Assembly: GCA_029006735.1 (NCBI GenBank)
Contig: JAQXGN010000054.1
Location: 1,553 to 65,552, forward strand
Length of the DNA stretch: 64,000 nucleotides
Direction: 5' to 3'
Origin: Bacillales bacterium
Lineage (GTDB): Bacteria; Bacillota_I; Bacilli_A; RFN20; CAG-449
This document shows, piece by piece, positions 8,395 through 18,133 of the stretch. Both the position numbers and the translations under genes were made by a program. Position 1 is the first letter of the stretch, and each line of letters opens with the position of its first letter. The notes under the pieces are model-generated. The model made no database searches, had not been told where the DNA came from, and worked only from the letters and a program-made list of their open reading frames with translations.

Positions 8395-9135
8395 TCATTC
8401 CTTGTTAATGTAATTTTTTAAGTCTTTGTAAATAAATATTTTCCATTCGGAATTATATACATGAGCACTTTTGTTTTTATCAAAATGTCCCTTAATTGAA
8501 TCTGATACTTCATGGCATATATCAAAGAAAGAATCAGGAATGTTTAGTTTATCTTTGAATAGAGATAAAATAATACCAACTTTTTTATAAAGCATTTTTG
8601 AATTTATTTGTTTTAAATACTTTAAAATATCTTTTATTGAAATGTATGGAATCATGTTGATGCAGTTTAATGTTTCTTCTAACTCACAATATTTACCAGA
8701 ATCTTTAATTGAATCTACTATAGTTCTTTCTATTGAAGTAACCTTAACACCACGAATTTCTTCAACAAAGTTTGTAGAAGATACTTTAATTAAAGAAAAT
8801 GTGTTTTCTTCAAATTCGAAAGTATTAAATTTAGAGATAGAAGATACATTTACATCATAATAAACTTGATTATAATAGCCATAAAATTCAAATGCAGAAT
8901 GATGCGATATAAAAGAAGTATCTGTAATATTAGAAGCAATTAAAAATTTGTCAGCTATACATTCATTAGTTTCTAGACTTACAACACCATATAAATTATG
9001 TTTAATACGTTTTATATAGCCTTTTTCTAAATAGTTTTGTAAAGTGTTTTTTGCTAAATTGTCATCACCAACTATTTCAATAAAATCTTTATAATTAAAA
9101 ATTTTTCGTTTTGTTAATTCATTTAAATATTTCAT
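8395..9135 (-). CDS. abiEi: AbiEi-family antitoxin (pair 2)
   Basis: MKYLNELTKRKIFNYKDFIEIVGDD...LEKGYIKRIKHNLYGV wHTH, with C-terminal SHHSAFEFYG...ERTIVDSIKD typical of AbiEi. The start is taken at ATG 9135; the track start 9180 adds a hydrophobic extension. Confidence 0.75.
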   Translation of the reverse strand: MKYLNELTKRKIFNYKDFIEIVGDDNLAKNTLQNYLEKGYIKRIKHNLYGVVSLETNECIADKFLIASNITDTSFISHHSAFEFYGYYNQVYYDVNVSSISKFNTFEFEENTFSLIKVSSTNFVEEIRGVKVTSIERTIVDSIKDSGKYCELEETLNCINMIPYISIKDILKYLKQINSKMLYKKVGIILSLFKDKLNIPDSFFDICHEVSDSIKGHFDKNKSAHVYNSEWKIFIYKDLKNYINKE

Positions 9136-9393
9136 CTTTACCACCACTAATATTATATCAAATAAAATTTTTAAAAACAATCAAAAAGGTTAAAAAAATT
9201 CTCTGCATTACAATTATTTTTGCAACACAGAGAAAAAAACTAACTTTAAAAATAAAATTATTTTAAATTAAAAAATTAATTAGTTGTCTATCTTTAGCAA
9301 CAGAATAAGAAATTTACTCAAAACATTAGTTTTTTTGTAAATTTAATATTACGAAGCTAGATAACCTAATTCGAACGAAAAGGAGGAAAAAAT

Positions 9394-9669
9394 ATAGGAA
9401 AAATTAAAATTATTAATAGAGAGCCGTATGGTTCAATTCAAGAAAAATTACTTGAATATAAAAAAGCAAAAGGATTCTTTAATTATTTAAAACTTACAGC
9501 CACAAAGATTAAAGAAAAAGAATACATATCTAAAGTAGTAAACTATGCTACTGAACTAAATTTATTAACAATATTAAAAACTAAAAATTTAATTAGTGAT
9601 GAAGATTTCTTTAAAATTAAAAATAAGATTATGCTTCAATATGGCATCAAATCTGAGTTAATGATTTGA
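9394..9669 (+). pseudogene. paralogue of the 4145 small protein with ATA at the expected start position
   Basis: 91 open codons begin 5 nt after a strong SD (aaaggagg 9379-9386) but start with ATA. Absent from the ORF track for that reason. C-terminal similarity to the 4145 product. Confidence 0.45.
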
Positions 9670-9739
9670 TGGGACATATCCACTTAAGGTATAATAATGA
9701 TGAACTATGTTAATAATTTCAAAAATTTAGGAGGAAGAA

Positions 9740-10236
9740 ATGAATAAAGTTGAAGTTATTAAAGCAAACGTTAATCTTATTGATAGAAAGAAATCTACAC
9801 AAATTGATAAAAGGTTAATAGTGGCTTCTTATTGCCGAGTTAGTACTGATAGTGAGGATTAATTAAATAGTTATCGCTCATAAGTACAATATTATATAGA
9901 TTCAATTAGTAAAAAATCTGAATGGGTAAAGGTCGGAATATATGCCGATGAAGGAATTACTGGAACGCAAGTTAATAAACGAGAATAGGTGTACTGAAGA
10001 ATATGTACATGAAAACAACAGGAGTCGACTATAAATAAATCTGATATGTTTTGGCAAATATATTTATAATTGATAACCCAATATTCGAATGTAGCGAAGA
10101 AGAAGCGTGTAAATACCATAATGGAATTGTTGGAAATTATCGGTTGAAAATGTTGGCTTCTAACGATTCTTGGAGAAATTTATACAACGATAAAAAGTAT
10201 ATAATGTTCCAAGAAAAAAAATTATTGATCTTATAA
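9740..10236 (+). pseudogene. large serine recombinase N-terminal remnant (multiple stops plus frameshift)
   Basis: SD ggagga, then MNKVEVIKANVNLIDRKKSTQIDKRLIVASYCRVSTDSED*LNSYRS*VQYYIDSISKKSEWVKVGIYADEGITGTQVNKRE*. Stops at 9860, 9881, 9986, 9995 and beyond. The remnant continues in another frame (IFECSEEE...LKMLAS, the track ORF 10051-10236). It aligns with residues 1 to about 165 of the 4581 protein. Confidence 0.8.
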
Positions 10237-10418
10237 TGAATGGATAGAATACAAAAGTTTGTAATTTTATTTAATAAGGTTCATTAGTTATAAGAGATAT
10301 CTTTATATAAACAATCTATTAACATACATTTTAATAATATATACTTTTTTGACTTTTTGAATTACATTCTTTGCTTTTTGTTTAAAATCTATTTATATAT
10401 TTTTAATTTTTTGTAAAA

Positions 10419-10432
10419 TGAAAGTGCTTACA
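10419..10432 (+). promoter_or_regulatory. candidate CcpA cre site
   Basis: TGAAAGTGCTTACA has one mismatch to TGWAANCGNTNWCA (central CG is TG). It lies about 30 nt upstream of ATG 10461. Confidence 0.3.
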
Positions 10433-10460
10433 AATGTGGGTATGAAATGAGGGAAGAGAT

Positions 10461-12200
10461 ATGCAAACGAAAAATAAGGATATCAAGAAAGATAAAATTG
10501 AAAAACGTAAAGCAGAGCGTGAGAATAAGGAAAGAAATAAGCAATTAGATAAACGTCGCACACGAGTTTATGATGAAATGGTTGCATTCCAGAAAAGAAA
10601 TGCTAAAAAAGTTAAGCATGCTCCTAAGGATGCTTATATCTCATTACGTCATATCAATAAGATTTACGACAATAAAGTTCAAGCTGTTTTTGATTTCAAT
10701 CTAGATATTAAACAACATGAATTTATTGTATTTGTTGGTCCTTCTGGATGTGGGAAATCAACAACATTAAGAATGATTGCAGGATTAGAAGATATAACTG
10801 CAGGAGATTTATTTATTGATCAAACATATGCGAATGATTTACATCCTAAAGATCGTGATATCGCAATGGTTTTCCAAAGTTACGCATTATATCCACATAT
10901 GACAGTTTCCGGAAACATGGCTTTCGGTTTAAAGATTAGGAAAATCCCTGTTTTAAAAGTTGATAAAAAAGGCGAACCAGTATTAGCAATTAATAAAAAA
11001 TTAATTAAGAAACTAAATATTCAATTACGCGACCTTCAAAAATGTATCCAACATCCTGCTAAAGATGATGATATCGATCAAATCAATCATGATATTGAGG
11101 AGATAAAAGGACAGATTGAATATTTAGAGAAAACGCCAGTTGAAGTCTATCAATATCGCCATATGGATAAAGAACAGATTGCTAAACGAGTAAAAGAAGC
11201 TGCAAAAATCTTACAAATTGAAGAATATCTTGATCGAAAACCAAAAGCATTATCAGGTGGACAATGTCAACGTGTTGCATTAGGTAGAGCGATTGTTAGA
11301 AATGCTAAAGTTTTCTTGATGGATGAACCTTTAAGTAATCTTGATGCTAAGCTTAGAGTTGCAATGCGTAGTGAAATCATTAAATTACATCAATCTTTAA
11401 AAGCTACAACTATTTATGTTACTCACGATCAAACTGAAGCGATGACTATGGCTTCAAGAATTGTTGTCATGAACAAAGGTTTCATTCAACAAATTGGTAC
11501 ACCAATTGAGATTTATAATCACCCTGCTAATATGTTTGTTGCAACCTTTATTGGTTCTCCTGCAATGAATTTATTTAATGTGACTTACGATAATAATACT
11601 ATTTCGTTTGCTAAAGGTGCAAAAATAACTTTAACAGATGATTTTGCTAAAGCTATTAAGGAATTTTATCAAGAAGAACCAAAACGATTAAAAGAAGAGT
11701 TAGATAAACTTGAAGAAGCTTTCATTGAAAAGAAGCAATATCTTAATACTATTGATTCTTTAAAAGAAAAAATAGATAAAGCGACTGATAATAAAGAAAT
11801 ACAAAGATTAAGATCACGTTTATCACAAGTACAAGAAGAATTAAAGTATTGTGAAGAATCAAATCATCGCATTCAAGATATTAAAACTTCATTAGAAGAG
11901 TTGAAGAAAGTTGATGTAACTAAACCGATTGATGTTGTATTTGGAATTAGACCAGAAGATATTTATCAAAAGGGCAGAGTTTTGACTGATGAAGCAATAT
12001 CACAAGAATTTAATCTAACTGTTTCTGTTGCAGAGTTATTAGGACATGAATATTTTGTTCATAGTGATTTTGAAGGGGGAGAACTTGTTTCAAAAATCCA
12101 TGCAAAGACAATTGTTTCATCCGGCGATCAATTACAATTAGTATTTGACATTTCTAAGATGCATATATTTGACAGCATTACGCAGAAACGGATAAAATAA
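10461..12200 (+). CDS. MsmX/MalK/UgpC-type sugar ABC transporter ATPase with large insertions
   Basis: Walker [11 protein letters not shown]-loop [13 protein letters not shown], signature LSGGQCQR, Walker [14 protein letters not shown]-loop YVTHDQ, and a C-terminal TOBE-like region. It also carries a basic N-terminal extension of about 60 aa and two coiled-coil inserts. Confidence 0.85.
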   Translation: MQTKNKDIKKDKIEKRKAERENKERNKQLDKRRTRVYDEMVAFQKRNAKKVKHAPKDAYISLRHINKIYDNKVQAVFDFNLDIKQHEFIVFVGPSGCGKSTTLRMIAGLEDITAGDLFIDQTYANDLHPKDRDIAMVFQSYALYPHMTVSGNMAFGLKIRKIPVLKVDKKGEPVLAINKKLIKKLNIQLRDLQKCIQHPAKDDDIDQINHDIEEIKGQIEYLEKTPVEVYQYRHMDKEQIAKRVKEAAKILQIEEYLDRKPKALSGGQCQRVALGRAIVRNAKVFLMDEPLSNLDAKLRVAMRSEIIKLHQSLKATTIYVTHDQTEAMTMASRIVVMNKGFIQQIGTPIEIYNHPANMFVATFIGSPAMNLFNVTYDNNTISFAKGAKITLTDDFAKAIKEFYQEEPKRLKEELDKLEEAFIEKKQYLNTIDSLKEKIDKATDNKEIQRLRSRLSQVQEELKYCEESNHRIQDIKTSLEELKKVDVTKPIDVVFGIRPEDIYQKGRVLTDEAISQEFNLTVSVAELLGHEYFVHSDFEGGELVSKIHAKTIVSSGDQLQLVFDISKMHIFDSITQKRIK

Positions 12201-12204
12201 TATT

Positions 12205-13530
12205 ATGAATGATAGAGTTTTAAGAGAATATCAAAATGATGAATCGGCTCCGTTGATTCGTCGTATTTTTGCACACCTTTTTGATGGGTTAATTTTAATT
12301 ATTATTTCATTATTATCAATCATTATTGGGACGACCATATTAGCAAGTTCGGAAAAATATATGGAAAAAGAACAAGCGTTGCATCAAGAGATGATTGCTT
12401 GTTATAAGATTGAAGAAGAAGCAAAAATATATGAATTTGTTGATAATGAAAATAATAATTATCAAACCCCACGAGAACAATCAGAGATTTTTGAAGATTA
12501 TTGTTTGATGCATATTCTCTATTCTTATCAAGTTGATCCTACTCCATTTAATAATTATCATATCGAAATTGATAATCCAAAAAATTTACCTGTTGCAAGT
12601 TATGAGACAGATAATTTAGCATATTTTTATGTTTATTATGCAGGTGAAAAAGATAAAGATTTAATTGATTTTAAAGGTGATACCTCACAAGCTTATTTTT
12701 ATCAGATGATGAAAAAAACTGCAGTAAATATTTCGATGTGGCATTTTGATGAAGAAAGTTATGCGTTACCATATTTAGATGGATATTTTGCGTTAGATCT
12801 CTATCAATATTTATTTTCTGAAGATGGATATGAGGCTGGATTAACTAACTATAATTATCTCGCAGTTAATTATCAAAACTTATGGAATATTCAAGTTCAG
12901 GAATTAATTGGCTCAACTCGTTTTCAAAATCATTATCAGAAATATAAAACTAATTATGCATACTGTGCTCATGCGGTAGCTATTGTGTGTATTTGTGCTT
13001 ATTGTCTATCATTTTTGTGTGGATATATATTACCACAAATCATTTTTAAACATATGCAAACATTTGGTAAGAAAATTTTTAAGATTTATGTCGTTGATAA
13101 AGAAGGATATGAGACAGTTACTTCACAAAAAATCATTCGTAATATTGTGATGTTTTTCTTCTCGTTTGGTTTTATGCTAATTAGTTTCTTCTTAGGGGGA
13201 GGACTTAATTCTGGAATTATGTATCCTTTATTTGAAATCGCAGGAGCAGGTTTCTCGTTATTTACTTTTACTGCAATCGCATTTATTTTACAAATAGTTT
13301 CAATGATTGTAATGGTGGCACATCGTAAAAAGAGAGCTATACAAGATTTTATATCTGATACTATTTGTATTGATTATCGTTTTCACATCAATAATATTGA
13401 TTTAGATAAATTAGAAATTGAAGAACATAAAAAAGATAATGAACGTGATAGAATAGTTGTTCAAAACGAATACTTTGATTCATCTTCATTTAATAATACA
13501 GAACGTAAAGATCTTACTGATTGTGATTAA
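12205..13530 (+). CDS. RDD-family polytopic membrane protein
   Basis: N-terminal RRIFAHLFDGLILIIISL (RDD-like) and several hydrophobic helices. It starts 4 nt after the ATPase stop. Confidence 0.5.
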   Translation: MNDRVLREYQNDESAPLIRRIFAHLFDGLILIIISLLSIIIGTTILASSEKYMEKEQALHQEMIACYKIEEEAKIYEFVDNENNNYQTPREQSEIFEDYCLMHILYSYQVDPTPFNNYHIEIDNPKNLPVASYETDNLAYFYVYYAGEKDKDLIDFKGDTSQAYFYQMMKKTAVNISMWHFDEESYALPYLDGYFALDLYQYLFSEDGYEAGLTNYNYLAVNYQNLWNIQVQELIGSTRFQNHYQKYKTNYAYCAHAVAIVCICAYCLSFLCGYILPQIIFKHMQTFGKKIFKIYVVDKEGYETVTSQKIIRNIVMFFFSFGFMLISFFLGGGLNSGIMYPLFEIAGAGFSLFTFTAIAFILQIVSMIVMVAHRKKRAIQDFISDTICIDYRFHINNIDLDKLEIEEHKKDNERDRIVVQNEYFDSSSFNNTERKDLTDCD

Positions 13531-14392
13531 TTTCAATAGGTTTGATATATTTAGATGGTTGAACCCCATAATACTTTTTGAATTCTTTTGAAAAATAAAA
13601 TTGATTTTTATATCCTAATGCATAAGCAATTTGTGATATTGAGAAGTTTTTTGTACTTAGTAATTCAACTGCACGACGCATACGTAACATTATAATATAT
13701 TTCATTGGAGGGAGACCGGTTGCTTCTTTAAAGATTCTTGTTAAATATGCTGGATTGAAATAAAAATGTTCAGAAACCTTACTTACACTTATATCCGAAG
13801 AAGTATAATTAGCATTTAAATAATCGAGAATTTGTTTGGTTTGTTGTTCTTTATGTGAAATACTATGATTTTGAAAATCAAACTGTTTTTCGTTAATAAT
13901 AATAGAAAATACATCAAAAAGAATACTTTGAATGCGTAAAGCTTCTGCGTTTTGATTAATTAAACTCATATTATCATTAAATAAATCAGCAAAATGGTCG
14001 GCTATTATCTCCATATTATCGAGATGTAGTACCATATTATTATTTCGATATCCAATGGCTTCACATAATTTTTTAGTTAAATCACCATTTAACTCTAACC
14101 AGATATATGACCAAGGATTATCGCTATTTGGACGATAACGTATATGAGAATTAGGTTCAATTAAAAAACAATCATCTTTTTGAACAAAAATTGTTTGACC
14201 AGAGGGTGTAAATAGATAACCTTGACCATCCAAAACAAAATGCAATAGATAGCAAGATTTATTTGAATCAATGGTTGGTTTATTTCGATTACATACTTCA
14301 TAACCAACTATAGAAGGAGATAAATCCATATTGAAAGAATCAAAGATAATTTTGTAATATAATGTTTTTTTAAAAAAATCATGTGCTTTCAT
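13514..14392 (-). CDS. AraC-family transcriptional regulator (cupin sensor plus HTH)
   Basis: C-terminal HTH_18 pattern (SVSKVSEHFYFNPAYLTRIFK...GYKNQFYFSKEFKKYYG). Divergent from the permease operon. Confidence 0.85.
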   Translation of the reverse strand: MKAHDFFKKTLYYKIIFDSFNMDLSPSIVGYEVCNRNKPTIDSNKSCYLLHFVLDGQGYLFTPSGQTIFVQKDDCFLIEPNSHIRYRPNSDNPWSYIWLELNGDLTKKLCEAIGYRNNNMVLHLDNMEIIADHFADLFNDNMSLINQNAEALRIQSILFDVFSIIINEKQFDFQNHSISHKEQQTKQILDYLNANYTSSDISVSKVSEHFYFNPAYLTRIFKEATGLPPMKYIIMLRMRRAVELLSTKNFSISQIAYALGYKNQFYFSKEFKKYYGVQPSKYIKPIEINHNQ

Positions 14393-14525
14393 ATAACTGC
14401 CCCTTTATTTTAAATAAATATATATTTTTTATAGGATATATATTACATTATATAACCAAAAGTCAAAAAAGTATATATTTTATGTCATATATCTTTATAG
14501 GAATAAATGAGAAAATATATTATAA

Positions 14526-14539
14526 TGTAAGCGCTTAGG
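14526..14539 (+). promoter_or_regulatory. candidate CcpA cre site
   Basis: TGTAAGCGCTTAGG has a palindromic core TAAGCGCTTA and mismatches only at the last two positions of TGWAANCGNTNWCA. It directly precedes the SD of the permease gene. Confidence 0.4.
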
Positions 14540-14553
14540 AGAAGAATTTAGAT

Positions 14554-15528
14554 ATGGAAGTGAAATTGACTCGTGAAGAGATAGCGCATCTTTCTACAAC
14601 CCCAAGTAAAAGAAAATGGTATTCTAAAATTGGCTTGGCGCTTTTTGTGATGACAATACCGACTGTCTTATATATATTTATCTTTCATTATCTACCTTTA
14701 GGTGGTCTAGTAATTGCATTTAAGGATTATACTGCTTTCAAAGGAATTTTTGGTTCACCATGGACATCGATGGGTGGTTTTAAACATTTTTATACTTTTA
14801 TTACTTCGCCAAATTTCTGGACAATTATTAAAAATACATTAGTTTTATCCATTGCATCGATTGTTTTCAATTCATTATGCCCAATTATTTTTGCTCTTTT
14901 ACTTAATGAGGTAAAAGCAAAAAAATATAAACGCTTAGTGCAAACTATTATGTATGCACCTTATTTTATTTCCGTTACAGTTTTGGTTGGAATGCTTTTC
15001 ACATTCTTTAATGGAGATAGTGGTATCTTCGTTAGAATTTTTGACTTTTTCGGGTTTGATGCTAGAAATTTGATGGAAAATCCTGATTATTTCTGCATGA
15101 TTTATGTTGTGTCAGGTCTCTGGCAAGGATTAGGATGGTGGTCCATCGTTTATATGGGAACTTTGGCTAATGTCGATCCAAATCTTCATGATGCAGCAAT
15201 TATTGATGGGGCTGGGCGATGGAGAAGGATTCTCTATGTTAACTTACCGGCTATTATTCCTCTTGCAATAATAATGTTTATCATGTCAATTGGTAATATT
15301 TTGAGTGTCGGCTTTGAAAAAGTATATTTGATGCAATTGGCTACAAATTTATCATCTTCTGAGATTATTGCAACTTATGTATATCGAGTTTCATTTCCAC
15401 AATTTGGTGGAATTCCGCAGTTTTCTTATGCAACTGCAATCGGTTTATTTAATTCGTTGGTGAATATTATTATTCTATGTGGTGCTAACTTTGTTTCAAA
15501 GAAAGTTTCGGATAATTCTTTATGGTAA
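14554..15528 (+). CDS. polysaccharide ABC transporter permease (LplB/YtcP-like)
   Basis: MalF/LplB-type topology and an EAA-like loop (DAAIIDGAGRWRRILYVNLP). Confidence 0.85.
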   Translation: MEVKLTREEIAHLSTTPSKRKWYSKIGLALFVMTIPTVLYIFIFHYLPLGGLVIAFKDYTAFKGIFGSPWTSMGGFKHFYTFITSPNFWTIIKNTLVLSIASIVFNSLCPIIFALLLNEVKAKKYKRLVQTIMYAPYFISVTVLVGMLFTFFNGDSGIFVRIFDFFGFDARNLMENPDYFCMIYVVSGLWQGLGWWSIVYMGTLANVDPNLHDAAIIDGAGRWRRILYVNLPAIIPLAIIMFIMSIGNILSVGFEKVYLMQLATNLSSSEIIATYVYRVSFPQFGGIPQFSYATAIGLFNSLVNIIILCGANFVSKKVSDNSLW

Positions 15529-15537
15529 GAGGTGTTT

Positions 15538-16401
15538 ATGAATCGTAAAAGTACAGGATCAGATCGAGTTTTTGATATATTTATCATTGTGATAATGGGA
15601 ATTATCGCCTTAGGTTTCCTTTTGCCTTTAATAAATGTTTTAGCTAGTTCATTTTCATCTGCAGATGCAGTTGTAGCTGGTGATGTTGGATTGTTTCCAG
15701 TTGATTTTACTTTAGAAGGATATAAGATGATTTTTAAAGAAAGTAAAATATGGTCTGGATTTAAGAATTCTTTACTTTACACAGTAATTGGTACGCTCAT
15801 TCAGGTAACATGTCAAATGTTATGTGCTTATCCATTATCTAGACGTGATTTTAAGGGAAGAAAATTTGTTAATTTATTCTTAGTGTTAACAATGTTTATT
15901 AGTGGTGGAATGATTCCAACTTATATTTTGATAACGTCACTCAAATTATATAATACAATTTGGGCAATTATCTTGCCTGGTTGTATTTCAGTATTTAATA
16001 TCATCGTCATTAGAACATATATGCAATCATCTATACCAATGGAATTGCAAGAAGCAGCAATGATTGATGGGTGCGGAGATGTCAAGATTTTTACTAGGAT
16101 CGTCTTACCATTATGTCGACCAATTATTGCAGTTATGATTCTTTATGCAGTAGTTGGATATTGGAATTCTTATTTCAACGCATTAATGTTTGTTCAAGAT
16201 ACATCGTTATATCCACTACAAAATGTCTTAAATTCAATTTTAGTATCTAATGAATCATCATTAGGAGGATATGATGTCAATTTATCTGAACAATTAAAAT
16301 ACGTCACAATCGTTGTATCGTCGTTACCACTTTTAGTTATTTACCCATTCTTCCAAAAATATTTTGAAAAAGGGGTCACTATCGGTGGTGTTAAGGGTTA
16401 G
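15538..16401 (+). CDS. carbohydrate ABC transporter permease (LplC/MalG-like)
   Basis: EAAMIDGCGDVKIFTRIVLP EAA loop. ATG 15538 has SD aagagg 6 nt upstream; the track start 15532 is GTG. Confidence 0.85.
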   Translation: MNRKSTGSDRVFDIFIIVIMGIIALGFLLPLINVLASSFSSADAVVAGDVGLFPVDFTLEGYKMIFKESKIWSGFKNSLLYTVIGTLIQVTCQMLCAYPLSRRDFKGRKFVNLFLVLTMFISGGMIPTYILITSLKLYNTIWAIILPGCISVFNIIVIRTYMQSSIPMELQEAAMIDGCGDVKIFTRIVLPLCRPIIAVMILYAVVGYWNSYFNALMFVQDTSLYPLQNVLNSILVSNESSLGGYDVNLSEQLKYVTIVVSSLPLLVIYPFFQKYFEKGVTIGGVKG

Positions 16402-16414
16402 AAAGGAAAAGGAT

Positions 16415-18133
16415 ATGAGAAAAAAGTTTAATTTTGCACAAGTACTAGTAATGTCTTTATTATGTGGAGTTATGGTCGGATGTGGAGGAAAAAGTAACTA
16501 TGATCCAGATAATTTCTTACAAAATGGATTAGAAGATAATCCTTATCGTATTGTTAAAGAACCAGTTACGATAAAAATATTTGCTCCTCATAGTTCAGGG
16601 AATCCAGAATATTCAGAATTGGTAATGTTTAATTATCTTTCAGAAATCACTGGATTACAATTTGACTTTACTACACCAGATACTTCGGCTTACACCAATC
16701 AAAGAGCAGGTGTATGGCGTAATGATAGCGATATTCCAGATTTATTCTTATTTAATAATGCTATTTCAGAACAAGTTCAATATATGGAAAATGCATACGA
16801 TGCGTATGTACCTTTTAATGACGATAATTATGTTGGTCAAAATGGATTACAAGTTGGTAATATCATCAACAATTATATGCCAGTATATAAAGAAAAACTA
16901 GAAAATAATTTTGGCTTAGATGTTAATAAAGAAAATGCAAAAAAGGTTGCAACTTTATCAGACGGAAAAATGTATTGTACTCTTTCAGTTAAAGATGTTG
17001 CAAGAGATTTAACTTACAAGATGTTTATTAATGATGAATGGATTAAAAATCTTAATGAAGGATATGGCTTAAAATTACCATTATCTAGTGAGATTAAAAC
17101 ACTTGAAGAATACTATACTATTTTAAAAGCTTTTAAAGAATATGATGCAAATAACAATGGCGATCCAGATGATGAGATTCCTGTTTCTTCAAAATCTTTA
17201 GAATATTTACGCAACTTCATTTTAGAAGCATATGGTTATGTTTCATATGGAATTGAAATTGAAAGTGATTATTCTAGTTATACATATGTTCCTTTTACCG
17301 AAGCATATCGAAACTACTTAAAATTTATGAATAAATTATGGAAAGAAGGAATAATGGATAAGAACACTTTCTCTATTACTACAGATTCACAAATGGCACA
17401 ATATGGAAATAAAAACCGTTTAGGATCATTTGTTTCTGCAGCAGCTTATTTAACAGTAGGTTATCAAAATGAAGCTTCTTATCATACATTTGGTCCTTTA
17501 ACTTCATCGTATTATCAAGGTACTCCAGTACATCTTGGCTTAGGATCATTTATTCCTGATGGAGCATGCATTCCAACAAAGAGCCCATATGTTCGTGAAG
17601 TTGCTCGTTTGTTAGATATTATGTATAGCGACTTAGGGGCACAATTAGTATCTTATGGTGTAGAAAATCAAAATTGGACTTGGGATGATGAAAGCCATAC
17701 TTCTTGGACTTTCCATGTACCAGAAGATTGGACTGGTAATCAAGAACAATATAGGGCAAAGATTACACCTAATGTTAATAGTGGTTCGGCATTATTTTGG
17801 TCAAATGATTTTGTCGGTAAAATGAATGATGACATTTTAAATAATTTAAATGAGATGTCAGAATCTTATCTCCCTTATTTAAAAGTACCAGAACCTGCTG
17901 AAATTAAAATGAATTCATCAGAATATGCAACAATTACAACAATTAAAGCTGCTTTAGATCCTCAATTTGAATATCTTGAAGCAAGTTATATCCGTAATGC
18001 GGATGGATGTGATCCATATGATGATAATAGTTATAATTCTTTTGTTTCAAAGTTAAAAGGTTATGGGGCAGACGAGTTACTAAAATGCTATAATGATGCA
18101 TTAACTCGATATAAACAACAGGAGAATTTATGA
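16415..18133 (+). CDS. extracellular solute-binding lipoprotein (LplA-like, large family-1 SBP)
   Basis: Signal peptide plus lipobox MSLLCGVMVGC|GG from ATG 16415. About 570 aa, typical of oligosaccharide-binding LplA-type SBPs. Confidence 0.8.
   Translation: MRKKFNFAQVLVMSLLCGVMVGCGGKSNYDPDNFLQNGLEDNPYRIVKEPVTIKIFAPHSSGNPEYSELVMFNYLSEITGLQFDFTTPDTSAYTNQRAGVWRNDSDIPDLFLFNNAISEQVQYMENAYDAYVPFNDDNYVGQNGLQVGNIINNYMPVYKEKLENNFGLDVNKENAKKVATLSDGKMYCTLSVKDVARDLTYKMFINDEWIKNLNEGYGLKLPLSSEIKTLEEYYTILKAFKEYDANNNGDPDDEIPVSSKSLEYLRNFILEAYGYVSYGIEIESDYSSYTYVPFTEAYRNYLKFMNKLWKEGIMDKNTFSITTDSQMAQYGNKNRLGSFVSAAAYLTVGYQNEASYHTFGPLTSSYYQGTPVHLGLGSFIPDGACIPTKSPYVREVARLLDIMYSDLGAQLVSYGVENQNWTWDDESHTSWTFHVPEDWTGNQEQYRAKITPNVNSGSALFWSNDFVGKMNDDILNNLNEMSESYLPYLKVPEPAEIKMNSSEYATITTIKAALDPQFEYLEASYIRNADGCDPYDDNSYNSFVSKLKGYGADELLKCYNDALTRYKQQENL

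Larger units (their letters stand above)
2100..10240. mobile_element. composite accessory/defence islet (decayed integrative-element remnants)
   Basis: Contains an IS30-like remnant, two AbiE pairs in opposite orientation, two small-protein plus serine-recombinase modules (one chimeric, one pseudogene) and a long ORF-free tract. The boundaries are not defined by repeats that I could see. Confidence 0.5.

Noticed and set aside
9201-9232. Inverted repeat ctctg...cagag with internal TTGCAA/TTGTAA half-sites upstream of abiEi-2, considered as an AbiEi operator or minus-strand terminator
   Set aside because: Only 5 bp pair perfectly around a 22-nt loop. Plausible as an operator given known AbiEi autoregulation, but the sequence evidence alone is too weak to call.
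9892-10236. Track ORFs 9892-10119 (-) and 10051-10236 (+) as independent genes
   Set aside because: Both lie within the decayed serine recombinase. The + ORF translation (IFECSEEE...LKMLAS) aligns with the resolvase-domain segment IFFEEEH...LMLTVLSS of the intact paralogue, so it is a frameshifted pseudogene piece. The - ORF has no support.
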